From Chlamydiia bacterium (lineage in GTDB: Bacteria; Chlamydiota; Chlamydiia; Chlamydiales; 2-12-FULL-49-11), in contig JBIKLZ010000003.1 of NCBI GenBank assembly GCA_044359535.1, positions 21,290 through 85,289 of the forward strand: DNA of 64,000 bases, given 5' to 3'. The notes beneath the pieces were generated by a model. The model did no database searches. It saw only the letters and a list, made by a program, of their open reading frames with translations, and was not told the DNA's origin. The position numbers were made by a program, and so were the translations under genes. This document shows, in pieces, positions 53,740 through 62,663 of the stretch. The stretch's first letter is position 1. Each line of letters opens with the position of its first letter.

Positions 53740-54921
53740 ATGACTATTACCGATAATTTAGAAGATCCAGGGACAGACCCTATTTTTGGGATCCAAACAG
53801 AGTATCAACAAGATCTTCGCCCTTTTAAAATAGATCTAACAGTAGGCGTTTATGTCGGAGAAAATGAAAAAAAGCCTTCGATTTTTTCAAGTGTAAAAGA
53901 AGCTGAAAAAGAGCTCATCGAGACAGAAACGACAAAATCTTACCTAAGTATTGCTGGAGATAGGGTTTTTTTAGAAAAAACAGCCCACCTTATTTTTGGA
54001 GAGTGTGATCTATCAAAAATGGCCATGGTTCAAACTGTGGGAGGGACCTCTGCTTTACATTTAGGATGGGAATTTTTAAAAAAGCGTGGGTTTTCTACCG
54101 TCTCTCTTTCTAACCCAACATGGGATAACCACCTTCAAATTCTCAATGCTTTAGGCTATACCCCCCTCTCCTACCCTCAATTAGAAGGGGCTTTTGACTT
54201 TTCTCTCATTACAAATCATTTAAAAAGCCTCCCAAAAAAGACAGTTGTCCTCCTTCAAGCAAAAAGCCATAACCCAACAGGGGTTGATTTTACTAAAAAG
54301 CAGTGGGAAGAGCTTTCCACAATTTTGAAAGAACGGAACCTTTTCCCTTTTATTGATTCTGCATATCAAGGGTTTGCTCATTCTATCGATGAGGATGCGT
54401 GGCTCATCCGTCTTTTATTAAAAGAAAAGCATGAGTTTTTTGTCGCCCATTCCTATTCAAAATCATTTGGATTGTACAATGAAAGGGTGGGGGCCTTCTA
54501 TGGAATTTTTGATAATGCAGATCAGGCTAAGCTTGTTCAAAGTAACTTAAATCGTCTTGTTCGTGTTAACTATTCAAACCCCCCTTCGCATGGTTCATCT
54601 GTGATTAAGACCATTCTTAGTAATCCAAAACTTAAGACTTCTTGGATAGATGAATTAAGTGGACAAAGGGACCGAATGAATGCCATTCGAAATAAATTAG
54701 CCGATGCCTTAGCCCCGATTTTTGATGAAAATGTGATCTTAACGATAAAAAAAGGGCATGGATTTTTCTGTCAATTGCCGTTGAAAAGGGATGAAATTTA
54801 TCAATTAAAAAAAGAGTATGCTATCTATATGACTCAATCAGGAAGAATTAGTCTTCCAGGACTTAAAGAAAGCAGCTTTGACTATGTTCTTGATTCAATA
54901 AGGAAGGTAAAAGGACTCTAA
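53740..54921 (+). CDS. aspC: aspartate/aromatic aminotransferase (class I)
   Basis: PLP-lysine motif SYSKSFGLYNERVGA, plus GGTSALHLG, SNPTWDNH and NPTGVD. GAGGGAAG Shine-Dalgarno sequence upstream. Confidence 0.9.
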   Translation: MTITDNLEDPGTDPIFGIQTEYQQDLRPFKIDLTVGVYVGENEKKPSIFSSVKEAEKELIETETTKSYLSIAGDRVFLEKTAHLIFGECDLSKMAMVQTVGGTSALHLGWEFLKKRGFSTVSLSNPTWDNHLQILNALGYTPLSYPQLEGAFDFSLITNHLKSLPKKTVVLLQAKSHNPTGVDFTKKQWEELSTILKERNLFPFIDSAYQGFAHSIDEDAWLIRLLLKEKHEFFVAHSYSKSFGLYNERVGAFYGIFDNADQAKLVQSNLNRLVRVNYSNPPSHGSSVIKTILSNPKLKTSWIDELSGQRDRMNAIRNKLADALAPIFDENVILTIKKGHGFFCQLPLKRDEIYQLKKEYAIYMTQSGRISLPGLKESSFDYVLDSIRKVKGL

Positions 54922-55983
54922 ATGAAAAAAAGGACATGGCTTTCTTATTTTCTTTTGGGGATTTTTTGTTTTGCCCTCCTTAATTTTCAGCCCCCATTTC
55001 TATTGCGCTTCCAAGGCCCTTTCTTTGGCTTTGAAGAACTGTTTGCGGCCTCTTTTATAGATCCAAAAACGTTAGAAATTTCAGATTTACAAAAGGAAAA
55101 TGCCCATTTAAAAAAACAAATTGAAGCGGCCACTGCCTTTTTACTTTCATCCGATCATATTGAAAAGATCTATAAAAAATGCTCTGCTTATGACGTTGCA
55201 AACAAAGAGGCTTTTTCTTCATTTTATGCTCGCCGCCTTGAGGAAATGGTCTTATTTTTGAATCAGGCTAAATGGCAAATTCCTTGTAATGTCATTTATA
55301 GAGATCCAGCAAACTGGAGCAGTGCCATTTGGGTCGATGTGGGCTCAAAAGACAATGCCCTCTATAAAAGGGAAATTATTGCTATTAATAGCCCTGTCAT
55401 TTTTGGAAATCAACTTGTTGGGGTTGTTGAAAAGGTTGAAAAAGGGAAAAGCCTTGTTCGACTCATCACCGATTCAAGGGTAAATCCTGCCGTTCGATGT
55501 GTTCGGGGTGGGGAGCAAAAGACCTACATTCATAACGCTTGTAAACAACTTAAAGACCTCCTTCAAATTCATGGAGATACCCTTTATAGCGGTGTTATTG
55601 ACCAATTAGACACTCTTATTTCTTCTTTTAATAATGAGGATCAAAGTTATTACCTTGCAAAAGGGTATATGATGGGAAGTAGCACCCCTATTTGGAGGTC
55701 AAGGTCCCTTACTCTTCAAGGGGTAGGGTTTAATTATGATTTTGGCGATGAAGAGGGACCTCCAAAATCCATTCATGATCCATCTCAGATTCCCTTATTT
55801 CAAAAAGGGGATCTTCTTTTAACTACCGGTCTTGATGGAGTTTTCCCCTCTGGATTAGTTGTCGGTTATGTTAAAGAGGTCTTTCCATTAAAAGAGGGGG
55901 CAGTTTCTTGTGATCTAGAAGCTAAAATACCTCTGCCGGAGTTTTCCGACTTAAGAAAGGTGACAATATTACCTCCGATGTAA
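54922..55983 (+). CDS. mreC: rod shape-determining protein MreC
   Basis: N-terminal TM, coiled coil LQKENAHLKKQIEAA, and beta-barrel domains ...SPVIFGNQLVGVVEKVEKGKSLVRLITDSRVNPAVR and GDLLLTTGLDGVFPSGLVVGYVKEV. Confidence 0.8.
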   Translation: MKKRTWLSYFLLGIFCFALLNFQPPFLLRFQGPFFGFEELFAASFIDPKTLEISDLQKENAHLKKQIEAATAFLLSSDHIEKIYKKCSAYDVANKEAFSSFYARRLEEMVLFLNQAKWQIPCNVIYRDPANWSSAIWVDVGSKDNALYKREIIAINSPVIFGNQLVGVVEKVEKGKSLVRLITDSRVNPAVRCVRGGEQKTYIHNACKQLKDLLQIHGDTLYSGVIDQLDTLISSFNNEDQSYYLAKGYMMGSSTPIWRSRSLTLQGVGFNYDFGDEEGPPKSIHDPSQIPLFQKGDLLLTTGLDGVFPSGLVVGYVKEVFPLKEGAVSCDLEAKIPLPEFSDLRKVTILPPM

Positions 55984-55990
55984 ATCGGGT

Positions 55991-56911
55991 TTACATTTTG
56001 AATACATCTTCATAGAGTTCTTTTCTTGTATTTGCATATGTAGAGATCTCTTGATGCGGGTAGGGGTCTTTTTTATCTACAACCACTCCACATTGAGTGA
56101 GTGGATTTTGATTGAGTTCAGTAAAAAAAAGGGGTTTATTGAAGATTAAAAAGTCAGTGCCAATTGAGCTGTGATCTGTATAAAGGGCGTCGATCTTTGA
56201 TAAAAGGGGATAAATAGGGAAAAAGTTCTCAATAAAGGTCACCCTATCGGTAGATTCATATTTAACTTTAAGGGCTGAAAAAAAGCCCTTTTTATAGGTG
56301 TTTGGATGAAGCTTTATAAATAGATGGAATTTTTTTGGCTTCTTAGCAATCAAATGTGTGATCCAATCTTCAACATTATATTCCCAAGAGGGAGCATACA
56401 AGAGGTTCCCCTCTTTTGAAAAGCTAAACATTTTTTCGACCATAGAGGTGTAAAACTCTTTGTGTTTTAAAAAATAGTGGAGTCTAAAATTGCCTACATA
56501 GATTGTTTTGTCAAGGACGTTGTTTGGGAGCATTTTTTTCATTTTTTCCCCATAAATTAAAAGACGATCTTCATGAATAAGGGGCGACAAATTTTTTTTG
56601 TCAGAGGCTCCATGAGGGAGAAAGTAGGTGCGCATTCTTTTTTTAAGGGTAAGTTCATCAAATAAAAAGATGGGGTCAATGATTTGTCTAGGAAGGGTTG
56701 TAATAAGGGTTGAAAAATGTGTTGTGATCTCTTGTGCAACACTATTTGGATCGATATAAATCGCATTAATCTCTATGTATTGTTCTTTAATCCATTCATA
56801 AAGGGTTTTAGAGGTGATATAGAGAGGAATCCCTAATAAAGAGCTTATCGGGACAATATGATCGATATGTCCATCATCTCTTCCGTATAAAAGGGCTGCA
56901 ATATTCTTCAT
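55991..56911 (-). CDS. CDP-glycerol glycerophosphotransferase (TagB/TagF)-family protein
   Basis: FLPHGASDK (family HG motif), LLYAPSWE, IKLHPN, and IDALYTDHSSIGTDFLIFNKPLFF match the Glyphos_transf layout. Start is set at ATG 56911 (MKNIAALL). Track start is 56998. Confidence 0.6.
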   Translation of the reverse strand: MKNIAALLYGRDDGHIDHIVPISSLLGIPLYITSKTLYEWIKEQYIEINAIYIDPNSVAQEITTHFSTLITTLPRQIIDPIFLFDELTLKKRMRTYFLPHGASDKKNLSPLIHEDRLLIYGEKMKKMLPNNVLDKTIYVGNFRLHYFLKHKEFYTSMVEKMFSFSKEGNLLYAPSWEYNVEDWITHLIAKKPKKFHLFIKLHPNTYKKGFFSALKVKYESTDRVTFIENFFPIYPLLSKIDALYTDHSSIGTDFLIFNKPLFFTELNQNPLTQCGVVVDKKDPYPHQEISTYANTRKELYEDVFKM

Positions 56912-57000
56912 GACTGTTTTATAACAAGAGAGGGGTAAAAAAACTAGACTTTTCCACCCTCTACTTATATCATTTCCTTTTTTTATAAAAGGAGACAACT

Positions 57001-58017
57001 ATTTCACAGGAGCTAAATAAATGGTTTATAGAAGAGCAAAGGGACTTTCCTTGGAGAAGGGATAGATCCCCCTATTCTGTCCTTGTTTCAGAAATTATGC
57101 TCCAACAAACACAAGCTGTTACTGTTTTGCCCTATTATCTTCGTTGGATGGAAACATTCCCAGATTTTTTAACCCTGTCAAAAGCATCAGATCTAGAAGT
57201 GATAAAGTGTTGGGAGGGGTTAGGGTACTATTCAAGGGCAAGAAATTTGAAAGGTATTGCCTTAAGGGTGGTTGAAGAGTTTAACGGAACATTTCCTTCT
57301 GATTATGAGGATATCCTCTCATTTAAGGGAATAGGCCCCTATACAGCGGCAGCTATTTCCCATTTTGCCTTTCAAAAGAGGGCAATAGGTGCAGATGGAA
57401 ATATCAATAGAGTCATTGCAAGGTATTACGGGCATAAAAAAAGGGTAGATATAGAGGGGGGAATTCTCCATTTTTTAGATCAATTTCTCCCCTTTCAAAA
57501 AAGTGAGCTCACCTTTGAAGCTCTTATAGAGCTTGGCGCCACTTATTGTACAAAAAAGCCAAAGTGTCATTTTTGCCCAATAAAGGAAAAGTGTGTCGCT
57601 TTTAATGAGGAATTGACAGCTGTCCTCCCTATTGTAAAGCAAAGACAAAAAGTTGAAAAACTTTATAGAAGGGTCTTTATTATAGAAATGGATGGAAAAA
57701 TTGTTGTAAAAAGGGGGCAAAAAGGGCTTATGGAAGGATTAGTGGAATTTCCTTATCTAGAAATGGACCCCTCTTTAGATCCTTTAAAAGGGATTCAAAC
57801 CCTTTTTTCATGCACACTCCACCTTATTTCTGAAGGAAAAATGATTGTTCAATCGTTTACAAAGTATAAAGCCTATTTATTTCCATTTTTTTGTTCTCTT
57901 TCTGGAACAATTAGATGCCCAGAAGGTTACACACTTATTTCTATAGAAGAGCTTTTTTTATACCCATTTTCATCAGGGCATAAAAAGATTTTGGAGAACT
58001 ATCTTATTGCAAGATAA
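57001..58017 (+). CDS. mutY: A/G-specific adenine DNA glycosylase MutY (probable non-ATG start)
   Basis: SEIMLQQTQ, GLGYYSRARNL, HhH FKGIGPYTAAAI, DGNINRV, and 4Fe-4S Cys cluster C..KKPKCHFCPIKEKC, plus a C-terminal NUDIX-like domain. The conserved FPWRRDRSPYSVLVSEIM lies upstream of the first ATG (57097). See the finding on the ATT start. Confidence 0.85.
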   Translation: MSQELNKWFIEEQRDFPWRRDRSPYSVLVSEIMLQQTQAVTVLPYYLRWMETFPDFLTLSKASDLEVIKCWEGLGYYSRARNLKGIALRVVEEFNGTFPSDYEDILSFKGIGPYTAAAISHFAFQKRAIGADGNINRVIARYYGHKKRVDIEGGILHFLDQFLPFQKSELTFEALIELGATYCTKKPKCHFCPIKEKCVAFNEELTAVLPIVKQRQKVEKLYRRVFIIEMDGKIVVKRGQKGLMEGLVEFPYLEMDPSLDPLKGIQTLFSCTLHLISEGKMIVQSFTKYKAYLFPFFCSLSGTIRCPEGYTLISIEELFLYPFSSGHKKILENYLIAR

Positions 58018-58042
58018 TCCTTGTTTCAAGTAATGAAAAGGG

Positions 58043-58591
58043 ATGAAAGGGATGAAAAAGGCTGCTGAATTTATAGAGATTGCTCCTTGTGTAAGGGAAA
58101 AAGGCTCTGTCCACGAATTTTCTGAAGTGATTGGGAAAATAACCAAAGATTTTGGGGTCAAAAATGTCATTGATTTTGGCTGTGGGGATGGAAAGCTCTG
58201 TAAAGGATTTGCTAGAGAGGATTATTTAGGTTTAGATAGTGATGAAACTATTTTACAGATTGCAAGAAATACCTTTTTTGACTACACCTTTGCCCTTCCG
58301 ACAAATACCATTTACAGTGCCGATATGGTTATTGCATGCAGAGTCTTATCCGAGCTTGAGGAAGAAAGGATTCATGAAGTGATTAGAAATATGCGTTGCA
58401 AGTGGTTTCTTATTGCCGAACCCTTAAGTGAGATTTCTTTTAACAAAAGAGATCTTGAAGGGTATAAAAAGATGATGCGCTCCCACGATTTGCTCCTTTT
58501 CCAACATAGGGTAACACCTTTAGAAGGGGGAAATCATAAAGAGATCTCCTTTTTATTGTTTAAACGGTGTGGAAGAAATCCTAACTCTTAA
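58043..58591 (+). CDS. class I SAM-dependent methyltransferase
   Basis: Motif I VIDFGCGDGKL and a post-I acidic residue pattern, over 182 aa. Confidence 0.6.
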   Translation: MKGMKKAAEFIEIAPCVREKGSVHEFSEVIGKITKDFGVKNVIDFGCGDGKLCKGFAREDYLGLDSDETILQIARNTFFDYTFALPTNTIYSADMVIACRVLSELEEERIHEVIRNMRCKWFLIAEPLSEISFNKRDLEGYKKMMRSHDLLLFQHRVTPLEGGNHKEISFLLFKRCGRNPNS

Positions 58592-58618
58592 ATTTTTCTC
58601 TACACTTTTTTAAATATC

Positions 58619-58647
58619 TTGATTCTATAGGATTCTATCCTTATAAT
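58619..58647 (+). promoter_or_regulatory. near-consensus sigma70/66-type promoter for the large MORN-repeat gene
   Basis: TTGATT (58619-58624), 17-nt spacer, TATAAT (58642-58647). The promoter region carries a tandem direct repeat GATTCTAT-AG-GATTCTAT (58621-58638) that starts in the -35 hexamer and extends into the spacer. Confidence 0.45.
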
Positions 58648-58685
58648 CCCCCCATTAACTGCAAAAGTCTACGTAGAGGGTTCTT

Positions 58686-61121
58686 ATGGGTATAAAAAGG
58701 GTAATAATAGGATGGATCTGTTTTTCAACAGCAGTGTTTGCTGCTGAGTATACCTTAAAAACCCCTTTAAAAGAACGAGTCATCGACTGGAAAGCAACGG
58801 TTATCAAAAGACATCAAAATGGTCATGATGAAGAGGTCTTATTTACACAAAAAATAGATGGAAAGGATGTTGCAGTGAAACGCTATCTATTTTCCAATAC
58901 TGGGGTTGTCGTCCTTGAAGAGGATCTAACCACTGTTGAGGAAAATGGGGTTACAAAGATTGTTCCGGACGGCCCTTCGATAACATTTTATGCCCCGTCA
59001 TCGGTTGAAAGTGTTAAAGAGTATAATAAAGGGGTTCAAGATGGACTGTTTATTAAGTACACTAAAGAGGGTGTTGAAGAGATTGTAGCTCACTACAAAA
59101 ATGGCCTTTTATCAGGCTCCTATGTCGAGTATGCCGGAAAGAATCTAAAAAAGCAGGAAGGATTTTTCATAGACGGTAAGCTTGAGGGTGAAGTATGGAG
59201 GTACCACCCATCAGGGAAAAGGGCGCAAAAAGGGTCCTATGTAAATGGATTGCTTGAAGGGATTTCTATCAGTTGGTATGAATCAGGGGTTATTGAATCC
59301 TATAGTTTTTATAGCGGGGGGCTTTTAAATGATACTGATACAAAAGCGGCCCTTATTTTTTACTCAGAAGATGGGGTTGTCAAAGCGACCAAGCGCTATA
59401 AAAAGGGTCTAAAACATGGAGATCACCTTACTTTTTTTTCAAATGGAGCTAAAAAAAGCTACGAGACCTACATCGATGATAAGCTTCATGGAAAGAGTGT
59501 GGAGTATGAAGAAAGTGGAAAAATAGTAGCAAGCGGCGAATTTTGTCATGGGGTTGCTATATTTGAACACATCCGCAAAAGCAGTAATGGGAAAATTTTA
59601 TACATAGCCAACTATGATCAAGAAGGAAAGTTGTTAGAAGACATCAAAGAATTTAATGAAGAAGGGCTTTTAATAGCTAAATACTTTAAGGAAAATGAAC
59701 AGTTCGAAAAGGAGTTTATCACTTACTATGATAATGGAAAGATCAAGCAATCGCTTCATTTTAAGGGGGGGAAACTTCATGGAAAGGCCGAAGAATTTTT
59801 TGAAAGTGGAGAGTATAAGTATAGAGGGCACTATGTTGAAGGGACTCATATAGGGGAGCATTCCACATGGTATGAAAATGGCCAATTAGTTCGAAAAGAA
59901 GTTTATATAGATGGAAAACTTGAGGGTGACCTTAAGGTCTATTTTGAAGATGGGATCCTTGCAACCTCTGCATTTTATAAAAATGGAGAGCTTCATGGAA
60001 AGTACCTATCCCATACCCCACAAGGAGACCTTGTTTTTGAGGCAAACTATTGTGAGGGAAAATTAGATGGAAAGGTGATCAAATATTTTGATAAGGGAAA
60101 AATTTCAGATACTCAAGAGTATAAAAATGGTCTTTTACATGGAACATCAACCCATTATGCTACCGATGAAGGGATTACAGCGATAGAAAATTATAAGGAT
60201 GGGAAACTAGATGGAGAGGCCATAGGTTACTATCAAAGTGGAAATATGTCCTATCAAAATAGCTACAAAGAGGGTCTTTTAGTGGGGGCTCAATACAAGT
60301 ATTTTGATGAAAAACAAAAAAGGGTTGCAGTGTGTGAAAACTACAATAGTGAGGGAAAAAGAGATGGAGAGCAAAAGGCATTTTTTCACAATGGCGCTAT
60401 TTGCCACAGATGTACCTATCAAAATGATAGGCTTCATGGGTTAAAAGAGATCTATAATGAAGAGGGGGAGGTCCTTGAAAGGGCTTATTATGATCAAGGA
60501 GATCTAGATGGTCCCCATTATTCAAAAGATAAGAATGGATCTATTTCAGAGGGAACCTTTAATAAAGGGATGCGCGAAGGGATCCTAAAAGTATTTTATC
60601 CCCTCCACCCAAAATATGGACTTGTCCAATTTATTGAGGGGTATAATGTAGCTGGAAGCCTTCACGGACCTTTAAAAAAGTTTCATATAAATGGAACTTT
60701 AGCTGAAAATTATCAATGTGAGAAAGGTTTTATTGAAGGAAAAGCTACCTACTATAATAGCGATGGGGTTTTATTAAAAGAGGCCTATTTTGAAAAAGGG
60801 CTTTTACATGGGGCAACTAAGGAGTTCTATAAAGATGGAAAACTTCAAAGGGTGATGCATTATGCTCAAGGAAAACCAACGGGAGAGGAAATTGCCTATT
60901 TTCATGATGGGTCGATCAAGCATACTAAAAACTATAAAGAGGGCCTGTTACATGGGGAATGCAAAAATTTTAATGAAAATGGGATTTTGATATTTGAAGC
61001 CGAATATAAAAAAGGGTTGAAGCATGGGATCTTTAATAAGTATTTTGATGATGGAAGAAAAAAACTTTTTCAAAGATATGAAGAGGATAATCGAATAGAA
61101 AAGCAAAGTTTTCCAAAGTAA
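58686..61121 (+). CDS. exported protein built almost entirely of MORN-variant (YwqK-like) repeats
   Basis: Signal peptide MGIKRVIIGWICFSTAVFAAE. About 30 consecutive units of about 23 aa of the form Y..G.L.G....YY..G.....(Y/F), for example YKNGLLHGTSTHYATDEGITAIENYKDGKLDGEAIGYYQSGNM. Confidence 0.75.
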   Translation: MGIKRVIIGWICFSTAVFAAEYTLKTPLKERVIDWKATVIKRHQNGHDEEVLFTQKIDGKDVAVKRYLFSNTGVVVLEEDLTTVEENGVTKIVPDGPSITFYAPSSVESVKEYNKGVQDGLFIKYTKEGVEEIVAHYKNGLLSGSYVEYAGKNLKKQEGFFIDGKLEGEVWRYHPSGKRAQKGSYVNGLLEGISISWYESGVIESYSFYSGGLLNDTDTKAALIFYSEDGVVKATKRYKKGLKHGDHLTFFSNGAKKSYETYIDDKLHGKSVEYEESGKIVASGEFCHGVAIFEHIRKSSNGKILYIANYDQEGKLLEDIKEFNEEGLLIAKYFKENEQFEKEFITYYDNGKIKQSLHFKGGKLHGKAEEFFESGEYKYRGHYVEGTHIGEHSTWYENGQLVRKEVYIDGKLEGDLKVYFEDGILATSAFYKNGELHGKYLSHTPQGDLVFEANYCEGKLDGKVIKYFDKGKISDTQEYKNGLLHGTSTHYATDEGITAIENYKDGKLDGEAIGYYQSGNMSYQNSYKEGLLVGAQYKYFDEKQKRVAVCENYNSEGKRDGEQKAFFHNGAICHRCTYQNDRLHGLKEIYNEEGEVLERAYYDQGDLDGPHYSKDKNGSISEGTFNKGMREGILKVFYPLHPKYGLVQFIEGYNVAGSLHGPLKKFHINGTLAENYQCEKGFIEGKATYYNSDGVLLKEAYFEKGLLHGATKEFYKDGKLQRVMHYAQGKPTGEEIAYFHDGSIKHTKNYKEGLLHGECKNFNENGILIFEAEYKKGLKHGIFNKYFDDGRKKLFQRYEEDNRIEKQSFPK

Positions 61122-61207
61122 CCTCTAACGAGCTTCACTTCCCACATCTTTACTTTCTAAAAAAGAGCTGGATATAAATACTGGTCTTTGTAATAATAGT
61201 ATTCATT

Positions 61208-61813
61208 ATGAAAGTAGATAGAATACATTCATCCGATTTAGACCCATTTAGACCCTATATCGAATCAATTGAAAAACCTTTAGAAATCAGTACTGCTGAT
61301 CAAGTGATTCAAAGGGTGTGGTATTATTCCAAAAATGGGATTGTCTCTTTTAAATCCATAGAGATTCTTAATCAGGTTATAGGTTTTGGTGAAAATCCAA
61401 TGGAACCTGTTCTAAAGACATTTTATGCGAAACAATTCCCTGAAGACAAACAAAAATTGGGTCTAATTGTCGATATTGCAAAAAAAACCCTTGCTATGTT
61501 GTACTATTATGGGGCAAAATTTGATGATGATTCAGTTCTTTTAGAAAAAAACCCAAAAAAAGCATTTAAATTATTTGAATCTTTAACTATTTCAACTCCA
61601 CGGGATACAGAAGTTACAGCATTTTGTTGCTTGATGTATATGAATGGGTATGGGGTAGAACAGAATTTTAATACGGCTTTAACGTTGCTCCAAAAAATTA
61701 ACAATACAAATGACTATGGCTTTTATGGGAACCTTTTAAGGCAAGCAAAAGAGGGTGAAGAAAATGCACAACTCCTTCTAAAGCATTACCAAAACAGTTT
61801 TCAATCCACATAA
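61208..61813 (+). CDS. small Sel1-like repeat protein
   Basis: AKKTLAMLYYYGAKFDDDSVLLEKNPKKAFKLFESL and CCLMYMNGYGVEQNFNTALTLLQK are SLR-type units. Confidence 0.55.
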   Translation: MKVDRIHSSDLDPFRPYIESIEKPLEISTADQVIQRVWYYSKNGIVSFKSIEILNQVIGFGENPMEPVLKTFYAKQFPEDKQKLGLIVDIAKKTLAMLYYYGAKFDDDSVLLEKNPKKAFKLFESLTISTPRDTEVTAFCCLMYMNGYGVEQNFNTALTLLQKINNTNDYGFYGNLLRQAKEGEENAQLLLKHYQNSFQST

Positions 61814-62226
61814 AATGAATAGAGGCAATCATTTTCGATCACCCATTGCTTAAGGTTTTTTTCTGAGGGGAGGGTTGTTGGGGTGATCTTAATAGCATAA
61901 ATTCCATTTTCTTCAAATATTAGCCCTGTATAAAATGAAGAAGGGATCTTTTTAATGTTTAACCCAGTTGTGTTTCCACCGAGAGTTGTTTTTATATAGT
62001 CTCCTTCCTGAGAGATAAGGAGCATGAGATGATTCTCTTTAAGGCTATTTTCATGGGTAAGGGTTAAAAGACTTTCATAAAATGCTGCCTTTCCATGTCT
62101 TTTTCGAAACTCTTTAAGGGTATCGTAACCAAAAAAGGAAAAAATCGAGGTAAGAGTAAGAAGTAGGGCTAGACAAACAGATAGTTCAATAAGAGTAAAT
62201 GAGTGTTTACGATGTTTCTTGATCAT
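61801..62226 (-). CDS. type II secretion minor pseudopilin-like protein
   Basis: Short basic leader MIKKHRKHS, followed by FTLIELSVCLALLLTLTSIF (prepilin-type N-terminal methylation domain with Glu at +5). Start is set at ATG 62226. Track start is 62283. Confidence 0.6.
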   Translation of the reverse strand: MIKKHRKHSFTLIELSVCLALLLTLTSIFSFFGYDTLKEFRKRHGKAAFYESLLTLTHENSLKENHLMLLISQEGDYIKTTLGGNTTGLNIKKIPSSFYTGLIFEENGIYAIKITPTTLPSEKNLKQWVIENDCLYSFYVD

Positions 62227-62656
62227 CGAGTACAATAGTTGTGTTGTAGGCCCATGGATAGGTTTCTTCAATTTCTTCGGCACTCATCCCTTTTTCTTTA
62301 GTCAGGTATTCAACCCATTTTTTAGAGAAAAGGATAAAATCGTTATCCCCCACCGGAAGGATATGAAAGTCTTCTCCCCAACCATCTTTTAAAAGCTTTT
62401 TAGTGGACTTTACCAATCCAGAATCCATCAATACTTTACTTGGATCTTTTAAAACCTCTTCAATAGAAGAGCCTCCAGCAAGCTCAAGGGATAAAATATC
62501 ATAGACCTCTCTTGAGGCTGTTTCTGTTTTAAAGGCGCGCCCTTTAATAAGGCTTCCTTTCATGTTATGAGTCATTACCCCTCCAACGATAGAGATGATA
62601 AATATCACAATCATTATTTCAATAATTGTTAAGGGATTTCTTCTTTTTATTTTCAT
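62207..62656 (-). CDS. gspG: type II secretion major pseudopilin GspG
   Basis: MKIKRRNP-LTIIEIMIVIFIISIVGG leader plus hydrophobic helix with Glu +5. GspG-type C-terminal pattern LKDGWGEDFHILPVGDNDFILFS. Start is set at ATG 62656 (AGGA 5 nt upstream). Track start is 62683. Confidence 0.8.
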   Translation of the reverse strand: MKIKRRNPLTIIEIMIVIFIISIVGGVMTHNMKGSLIKGRAFKTETASREVYDILSLELAGGSSIEEVLKDPSKVLMDSGLVKSTKKLLKDGWGEDFHILPVGDNDFILFSKKWVEYLTKEKGMSAEEIEETYPWAYNTTIVLDDQETS

Positions 62657-62663
62657 ATAGATC

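Noticed and set aside
14787-59771. Seven-nucleotide G/C runs (about 14787, 22087, 25866, 34780, 43685, 48278 and 59765), considered as further phase-variation sites.
   Set aside because: They are numerous, occur in core genes (topA, rpoN, tyrP), and always encode Gly-Gly or Pro-Pro. They most likely reflect a GGG/CCC codon preference. Only the four 8-mers were kept as candidates, with that caveat.
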